From positions 1 to 54,571 of the forward strand of contig DASSXV010000027.1 of assembly GCA_035703635.1 (NCBI GenBank): a stretch of 54,571 bases of DNA. Reading direction: 5' to 3'. The stretch comes from Trueperaceae bacterium. GTDB taxonomy: Bacteria; Deinococcota; Deinococci; Deinococcales; Trueperaceae. Shown in pieces: positions 48,641 to 54,571 of this stretch (positions are counted from its first letter, which is position 1; each line of letters opens with the position of its first letter). A program made the position numbers and the translations under genes. Below the pieces are notes generated by a model. It did not search any database and was not told the origin of the DNA. It saw only the letters and a program-made list of their open reading frames with translations.

Positions 48641-49549
48641 CTACTCCTTGGCGCGCGCCAGTTCGGCGGCCGCCTCCACCGGCTCGCGCGTGGTGACGCT
48701 GAAGTGCGTTCCTGACGGCAGGGCCGCGGCCAGGGCCGACGTCAGCGGGGCGCCGCAGCGGGCCACGCCGCCTGCCAACACGACCGGCAGGACCACCCCG
48801 AGCCGGCCGCTGACGACGCGCGCTAGGCGCGCTAGTTCCGCACCGGCTGCGGCGAGCACGGCGGCGGCGTCGGCGTCGCCGCGCGCGGCGGCAAGCGCCA
48901 CGAGCGGAGTGAGGGCGGCCACGCGCGCCCTACCTCCCGCGTAGACCTCGCGACGGACGGTGGCCCAATCGTTACCCCCGAGAGCAGCGTAGATGCCGTT
49001 GGCTAACGCGCCGCCTGGCGGGGCGCCCTGCTCATCTGCGCGGCGCAGCACGCGCTTGAGGGCCTCGCGCCCGATCCAGTAACCGCCGCCGCCATCGTCG
49101 ATGAGGTAACCGTGGCCGCCCACGCGCACGGCTTGGCCGTTTCTTGCTAGGTGGAAGCCGATGCTGCCGGTTCCGGCGTAGATCAGTATGCCAGCGCCCG
49201 GCTGGAAGGCCGCGAGGTAGGCGGTGTGAACGTCAGGCATGACGCGTACGGCCGCAGGCGGCAGTGCGAGGCTGGTGGCGATGGTGGAGGCAAGCAACTC
49301 GGCGTCAGGCGAGTCCGGCTCGAGCCCCGTGATTCCCGCCACGACCCTCTGTGGCCTTGGGCCGATCGCGGCGGCGCGGCTAGCGAGCTCCTCCAGTCGT
49401 TGCAGGGCGGCGCTGCGCTCTTCTGTGCGGAGTTGGATGGCGGAGAGCGGGCCGCCCGCGCCACGCGCCAGTTCGGTGCCCGCTTCATCGACCAACAGCC
49501 ACCTGGTGCTCGAGCCGCCGGCATCTATGCCCAGGAACGCGTCAGCCAC
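48641..49549 (-). CDS. BadF/BadG-family amino-sugar kinase (GlcNAc/MurNAc kinase-like)
   Basis: GIDAGGSST, YAGTGS, VGGHGYLIDDGGGGYWIGR, LAGGV. Confidence 0.85.
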   Translation of the reverse strand: MADAFLGIDAGGSSTRWLLVDEAGTELARGAGGPLSAIQLRTEERSAALQRLEELASRAAAIGPRPQRVVAGITGLEPDSPDAELLASTIATSLALPPAAVRVMPDVHTAYLAAFQPGAGILIYAGTGSIGFHLARNGQAVRVGGHGYLIDDGGGGYWIGREALKRVLRRADEQGAPPGGALANGIYAALGGNDWATVRREVYAGGRARVAALTPLVALAAARGDADAAAVLAAAGAELARLARVVSGRLGVVLPVVLAGGVARCGAPLTSALAAALPSGTHFSVTTREPVEAAAELARAKE

Positions 49550-50438
49550 GCATGACAGAGCTCGCTAACTCACTGAGTTTAGTGGCCTCGTTGGCTGGCA
49601 TGGAGTCGGTGACATGCAGCCAGACGGGAAGAAGGTCATCGCCTTCTGCGGCGAAGGGCAGCGGCGTGAGGGCGAGCCAACCGGCGGCGGCCTCAGCTTG
49701 CAGTTCAGAGCGCAACACCACGCCAACGCCCGCACCCGCCAGCACGCCCGCCCGGACCGCGCTTGGGCTCGGCATGGCCGTTTGCTGGACGGCTGCGAGG
49801 CCTGCGCGCCGTAGGAGCAGCCGCGCACGCTCGCCTACGACGCTCGGCGCCGCCGGCATTAGCCACCGCGCGCTAGCGAGCGCAGCTTCATTGGCGCCCT
49901 CACCCACGCGCAGTGCGCTGGCGCTCGGGTGCGTTGCCAGCATGAGTTGCTCGTCGCCTAAGCGGATAGTGTGCAGGCCGGGTTCACCGCCTGCTGGTGC
50001 CAGTAAGGTGATGGCGGCTGGCAGTTCGCCGTGCCTCACGGCGTCAAGCAGGTCTTGCGAGTGCGCCTCCACTAGCTCGAGGTCGGCTTGTGCGCTGCTG
50101 CTCAAGCGGCCGCCGAGAACCGCCACGAGGTGGGGGCTAACGCCGCAGCGCCAGGTGGCGCTGGCGTTGCGCTGCGGATCGAGGCCTAGGGACGCCTCGC
50201 GGAGCGCGGCGCGCACGTTGCGGGCGGCGCCAAGCAGCGCGGTGCCCGCCGCCGTTAGGCGCGTGCCCCCGGCCGTGCGCTGCGTTAGGGGCTCCTGCGA
50301 GAGTTGCTGCAGTGCGGCCAACCTACGACTAACGGAGGACTGCCCAACGCCGAGTTGGACGGCGGCGGCGCTCTCGTTGCCAGCCTCGGCCACGGCGAGG
50401 AGTGTGAGCAGCTGCTCGGCGTCCGGTAGTTGTGGCAT
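49542..50438 (-). CDS. LysR-family transcriptional regulator
   Basis: AAAVQLGVGQSSVSRRLAAL...RLTAAG HTH; about 298 aa; CATAAT 6 nt upstream of ATG 50438. Confidence 0.85.
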   Translation of the reverse strand: MPQLPDAEQLLTLLAVAEAGNESAAAVQLGVGQSSVSRRLAALQQLSQEPLTQRTAGGTRLTAAGTALLGAARNVRAALREASLGLDPQRNASATWRCGVSPHLVAVLGGRLSSSAQADLELVEAHSQDLLDAVRHGELPAAITLLAPAGGEPGLHTIRLGDEQLMLATHPSASALRVGEGANEAALASARWLMPAAPSVVGERARLLLRRAGLAAVQQTAMPSPSAVRAGVLAGAGVGVVLRSELQAEAAAGWLALTPLPFAAEGDDLLPVWLHVTDSMPANEATKLSELASSVMRG

Positions 50439-50446
50439 GGCCACAT

Positions 50447-50463
50447 TATGCACTTGACGCATA
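50447..50463. promoter_or_regulatory. LysR-type T-N11-A binding box
   Basis: TATGC-N7-GCATA perfect inverted repeat overlapping the lysR -10 element. Confidence 0.65.
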
Positions 50464-50599
50464 GCGAGCCATATGGGTGGGTGCCTAGCTCCACTAGGCG
50501 AGCGCCTAGCTCTGAGACACTCCCGCACGGAATAGGCATTAACCTGCAGTAACCCCGGCAGCCGCCAAGGTGGCAGCCGCACCGCGAGAGGGGGTACGC

Positions 50600-52039
50600 G
50601 TGTACTTCAAGCATTTCTACGACCAGGGACTAGCGCAAGGCAGCTTCATGGTCGGTTGCCAGGCCAAGGGCGAGGCGGTCGTCGTCGATCCTCGGCGCGA
50701 CGTTCAGGTCTACCTGGACTGCGCCGTGGCGGAGGCCCTACGGATCGTGGCCGTAACGGACACTCACATCCACGCCGACTACCTGTCTGGCGCCCGTGAA
50801 CTCGCGCATGCTGCCGGCGCACGGCTCTACTTGTCAGACGAGGGCGGCCCGGAGTGGCAGTACGCCTACGAGCACGTTGGCCTCAAGCACGGCAGCATCA
50901 TCAAGGTCGGCAACGTCGAACTCAAGGCGCTGCACACGCCCGGCCACACGCCGGAGCACATGTCGTTCCTCGTCACAGACACGGCGCGCACCACCTTGCC
51001 ATCCCACCTCCTCAGTGGGGACTTCGTGTTCGTTGGTGACGTCGGGCGCCCAGACCTCCTAGACGCCGTCGCTGGCGGCGAGGACACGCGCTTCATCGGC
51101 GCGCGCCAGCTCTTCGCCAGCTTGCGCGACGAGTTCCTCACCCTGCCAGATCACGTTCAGGTATGGCCGGGGCACGGCGCTGGCAGCGCCTGCGGCAAGG
51201 CGCTCGGCGCGGTGGCAAGCACGACGGTCGGCTACGAACGGCTTACCGCCTGGTGGGCCGACTACCTCGCGGCTGGTGACGAGGCCAGCTTCACCGTCGC
51301 CCTCCTGGAAGGGCAGCCGGCAGCCCCTACCTACTTCGGCCGCATGAAGCGCGTCAATCGCGACGGCCCCGCGCTGCTAGCTGACCGCGCTCCGCTGCGC
51401 GAGTTCTCGGCGGAGGAGTTGCGCGGCCGCGTCAACCGCGACCTCGTGTTGCTCGACACCCGCTCGGTGCGCGATCAGTGGGCGGCCTCTGTGCCGGGCG
51501 CGCTAGCTGTGCCTGGCGGCAACTCGTTCGCCACCTACGCCGCCTGGGTCATCGATCCAGACAGCGAGAGGCGCCCGCTAGTAGTGGTCGCGGCCAACGG
51601 CGAGCACGCCGCCAGCCTGCGCGACCGCCTCAGCTACACGGGCATCGATGACGTCGTCGGGTACGTCACGTCCCTCACCGGCCTCGACCTGCAGCCCCTG
51701 CCGCTGGTAACGCCGAGCGAACTCGCGGCACTGCGGGGCGGCGCACGCGCGGGCGTAGAGGTGCTTGACGTGCGTGAGGCAAGCGAGCACCTGGCTGGCC
51801 ACATCCCAGGCGCACGGCAGTTGGCCGCCAGCCGCCTCCTCGCCAACAGCCACGAACTCCCGCGCGGCGGCACGCTCGTCATGCACTGCCAGGGCGGCGG
51901 GCGCTCCGCGGTGGTGGCAAGCGCACTGCGGAACCGCGGCTTCGCCAATATCGTTGAGCTGGCTGGCAGTTACGACGGTTGGAGCAGCTATTTGGCCTCA
52001 GAATCCGCCAACAACCCAGCGAGAGTGGAGCCGAAGTGA
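50600..52039 (+). CDS. Persulfide dioxygenase (MBL fold)-rhodanese fusion, CstB-like
   Basis: THIHADY, HTPGHTPEH, GDVGRPDL, WPGHGAGSACGK, and two rhodanese-like domains, the last with HCQGGGRS. Confidence 0.88.
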   Translation: MYFKHFYDQGLAQGSFMVGCQAKGEAVVVDPRRDVQVYLDCAVAEALRIVAVTDTHIHADYLSGARELAHAAGARLYLSDEGGPEWQYAYEHVGLKHGSIIKVGNVELKALHTPGHTPEHMSFLVTDTARTTLPSHLLSGDFVFVGDVGRPDLLDAVAGGEDTRFIGARQLFASLRDEFLTLPDHVQVWPGHGAGSACGKALGAVASTTVGYERLTAWWADYLAAGDEASFTVALLEGQPAAPTYFGRMKRVNRDGPALLADRAPLREFSAEELRGRVNRDLVLLDTRSVRDQWAASVPGALAVPGGNSFATYAAWVIDPDSERRPLVVVAANGEHAASLRDRLSYTGIDDVVGYVTSLTGLDLQPLPLVTPSELAALRGGARAGVEVLDVREASEHLAGHIPGARQLAASRLLANSHELPRGGTLVMHCQGGGRSAVVASALRNRGFANIVELAGSYDGWSSYLASESANNPARVEPK

Positions 52040-53058
52040 CGGACTCTGGCGCTAACAACCCCTCCGAACCGCAACCTAACGGCAACGCTACTAACCAAGC
52101 GCAGGGCGCCGCCTCAAGCCCGCAAAGCGGACAGAACGGCGAGGGGCATGACCGCCATGGCCGTCGCGAGCACGGGCGGGGCTGGTGGCCGTTCGCCCTC
52201 ATCGTCGTCGGGCTGCTCTTCCTCGCAGGCAACGTTGGCTTCACCTTCGACCCGCTCTGGAACTTCATTGGCAACGTCTGGGAGTTCTGGCCGGTAGCGC
52301 TCATCGCGGTTGGGGCCGACATGCTCACGCGCGGCAAGTACCGCCTCGCCATCGTGTCGGTCGCCATCGGGGTCGTGGTCGTGCTGGCGCTGTCAGGCGG
52401 CCTGTCCGCTGGAGTCGGGCAAACACTCGACGTGAAGCAAGCGCTCGGCGGCGCCACGAGCGCACGGTTGGAACTCGACCTAACCACCAACGCCCTCAAC
52501 CTGACGGCCGCGGCGAGCAGCACCGATGTCGTGTGGGGCACCATCACGGGCGGTCGCAGCGAGCGGCTAACGCAAGACGCGTCGCGTCGCGGAAACCTAG
52601 TAGCCGTGACCCTAAGGGCCAGGCAACGTGGTTGGCCGATCGCCTTCGGTAGCGCTAAAGGCGGGGGTCCGTGGGAGCTGCAGATGAACGAGAACCTGGC
52701 GACCGACCTCGTGATCGACGGTGGCGTCGGCGCCATCGACCTCGACCTTTGGAACGCCAACCTCACCGGCCTCGCTATCGACGCTGGGGTTGGCGCGTTG
52801 ACCATCACCCTCCCAGCTTCGGGCGGCTTCACTGGCGAGATCGACGGTGGAGTTGGCAAGCTCACCGTTAACGTCCCAAGCGACCTCGCCATCGTCATCA
52901 ACCTAGATACCGGCGTCGGGAACATCAACTTCGACAGCGGCTTCCAGAAGAACGGCTCTGACTACAGCAGCCCGGCCGCGGCCGCTGGGCAGCGGGTGGC
53001 GGCGCGCTTGAACATCGACGCTGGAGTCGGAAGCGTCAACGTGAGGTCCGTCAAGTGA
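52036..53058 (+). CDS. LiaF/LiaI-like membrane protein with C-terminal beta-repeat domain
   Basis: LIVVGLLFL...FWPVALIAVG TM motif; repeated IDxGVG units; GTGA overlaps on both sides. Confidence 0.7.
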   Translation: MTDSGANNPSEPQPNGNATNQAQGAASSPQSGQNGEGHDRHGRREHGRGWWPFALIVVGLLFLAGNVGFTFDPLWNFIGNVWEFWPVALIAVGADMLTRGKYRLAIVSVAIGVVVVLALSGGLSAGVGQTLDVKQALGGATSARLELDLTTNALNLTAAASSTDVVWGTITGGRSERLTQDASRRGNLVAVTLRARQRGWPIAFGSAKGGGPWELQMNENLATDLVIDGGVGAIDLDLWNANLTGLAIDAGVGALTITLPASGGFTGEIDGGVGKLTVNVPSDLAIVINLDTGVGNINFDSGFQKNGSDYSSPAAAAGQRVAARLNIDAGVGSVNVRSVK

Positions 53059-54011
53059 CGTCAGCCGAGGTGGGCGAGGGAATAGCTGATGACGGCGTCA
53101 GCGGCACGGTCGGCGCGACGCCATTAGTCGCCTTGCAGCGGCTAGTGCCACCCGGGTCTGGCCGCGTGCTCGTCAAGCTCGAGCAGTTCAACCCGACGGG
53201 CTCTTACAAGGACCGCATGGCCGTCGCCATCATCGCGGCCGCGGAAGCGAGCGGCAGGCTGCAACCAGGCATGACCGTCGTCGAGTGCACCGGGGGTAGC
53301 ACCGGCACCGCGCTGGCTTTCGTGTGCGCCGCCAAAGGCTACCGCTTGAAGGTCGTGTCGTCGGACGCCTTCGCTAGCGAGAAACTGCGCAGCATGCGCG
53401 CGTTCGGGGCGGACCTCGAGCTGATAGCCAGTGACGGCGGCAAGGCCACGCCCGACCTCGTGCCGCGCATGATGGCGCGGGCCGCAGAACTCGCCAAGCA
53501 GCCCGGGCACTTCTGGAGCGATCAGTTCCACAACCCGGACGCCCTCATCGGCTACGAGCCCCTCGGCGACGAGGTCATCGAACAGACGGGCGGCGAGGTA
53601 ACGGCATTCTGCGCCGCCGTTGGCACGGCCGGCATGCTGATGGGCGCCGCTCGCGCCATCCGCCGCCGCGCGCCAAGCTGCAAGGTGGTCGCGCTCGAGC
53701 CAGCCTCATCGCCGATACTTACGGCTGGTCGAGCTGGCGCTCACCGCGTCGAGGGCATATCCGTCGGCATCGTCCCCCCGCTGCTCGACAAGGCGCTTTA
53801 CGACGAGGCGCGTACTGTAGAAGAAGAAGACGCCCGCGCCACGGCACGTGCCCTGGCGCGCGAGGAAGGGCTGCTCGTTGGCCTATCGAGCGGCTTGAAC
53901 GTCTTCGCGGCGCTGCAGTTGGCGCGCGAACTCGGCCCCGACAGCACGGTCGTGACGGTAGCGGTAGACACCGGCCTCAAGTACCTCGCCGGAGACCTGT
54001 TCAGTGACTAA
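53055..54011 (+). CDS. Cysteine synthase-family PLP enzyme (divergent)
   Basis: GATPLV, KLEQFNPTGSYKDR (PLP Lys), QFHNP, EEGLLVGLSSG, DTGLKYL. Confidence 0.88.
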   Translation: MTSAEVGEGIADDGVSGTVGATPLVALQRLVPPGSGRVLVKLEQFNPTGSYKDRMAVAIIAAAEASGRLQPGMTVVECTGGSTGTALAFVCAAKGYRLKVVSSDAFASEKLRSMRAFGADLELIASDGGKATPDLVPRMMARAAELAKQPGHFWSDQFHNPDALIGYEPLGDEVIEQTGGEVTAFCAAVGTAGMLMGAARAIRRRAPSCKVVALEPASSPILTAGRAGAHRVEGISVGIVPPLLDKALYDEARTVEEEDARATARALAREEGLLVGLSSGLNVFAALQLARELGPDSTVVTVAVDTGLKYLAGDLFSD

Positions 54012-54040
54012 CCACCCCAACCGCCCCTAGGAGGAACGGC

Positions 54041-54571
54041 ATGCAGTACAGGTACATCGGTCGCACTGGGGTGAAAGTCTCGAGCATCTGCCTCGGCACC
54101 ATGACGTTCGGCGGCGAAGCCAGCGAGGCCGAGGCCGCCGCCATCTTCGGGCGCAGCCTCGAAGCGGGCGTCAACTTCATCGACACTGCCGACGTGTACA
54201 ACGCCGGCCGTACCGAAGAGATCGTAGGACGACTCATGAAAGGGCGGCGCGACGAGCTGGTGCTCGTAAGCAAGGCGTTCGGCCGCAGCTTCCCCGAACC
54301 CAACTCCGGCGGCTCGTCACGGCGCCACATCGTGCGAGCAGTCGAGGCATCCCTCAAGCGCTTGAACACCGACAGGCTCGACTTGTACCTGCTGCACCAG
54401 TTCGACGCCAACGTCCCACTCGAAGAGACTCTCGGCGCGCTAGACGACCTCGTCAGGCGCGGGCTCGTTCTCTACGTCGGCGCCAGCAACTTCGCCGCTT
54501 GGCAGTACATGAAGGCCATCGGGATCTCGGAGCGCCGCGGGTTGGAGCGCTTCGCGCTGATCCAGCCCATG
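54041..54571 (+). CDS. Aldo/keto reductase, 3' end runs off the window
   Basis: Not in the ORF track. GGAGGA RBS then MQYRYIGRTGVKVSSICLGTMTFG...FIDTADVY...SLKRLNTDRLDLYLLH...YVGASN. Confidence 0.9.
   Translation, partial: MQYRYIGRTGVKVSSICLGTMTFGGEASEAEAAAIFGRSLEAGVNFIDTADVYNAGRTEEIVGRLMKGRRDELVLVSKAFGRSFPEPNSGGSSRRHIVRAVEASLKRLNTDRLDLYLLHQFDANVPLEETLGALDDLVRRGLVLYVGASNFAAWQYMKAIGISERRGLERFALIQPM

Noticed and set aside
50483-50509. Mutually exclusive short hairpins (GCCTAG/CTAGGC) upstream of the PDO gene as a riboswitch
   Set aside because: Stems of only 6-7 bp, no terminator and no recognisable aptamer.

Overview
GC-rich chromosomal window, probably from a Deinococcota bacterium (Truepera/Thermus-like). 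This is inferred from Thermus-like proteins and from repeated leaderless -10 motifs. It holds about 45 genes, two truncated at the window edges, and I saw no mobile element, CRISPR array, tRNA or rRNA. Main content: (i) a perfect parS palindrome at 2897-2912; (ii) a Cys-rich HTH regulator divergent from a TTHB210-like secreted protein; (iii) an S8 protease, pgi and an aldo-keto reductase; (iv) an Rrf2/NsrR-like regulator divergent from nirK, a nirV-like gene and a His-repeat SCO; (v) a peptidoglycan/amino-sugar salvage system split over two loci about 21 kb apart (GntR-GNAT-murQ divergent from ABC-nagZ; ABC divergent from serine hydrolase-anmK; plus a nearby BadF-type sugar kinase), whose divergent promoters share an 18-bp motif; (vi) a NarL-type two-component pair; (vii) an mrpABCDEFG-MFS-copB-RibD-C run; (viii) MarR/MMPL; (ix) sulfur-handling genes (ThiI-rhodanese, LysR, persulfide dioxygenase-rhodanese, a divergent cysteine synthase). 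The best candidate for an undescribed system is the two-locus salvage regulon, which appears to use ABC import instead of AmpG and includes a GlmA/Ngs1-like acetyltransferase. All family assignments come from motifs read by eye and recalled family knowledge; no database search was run.
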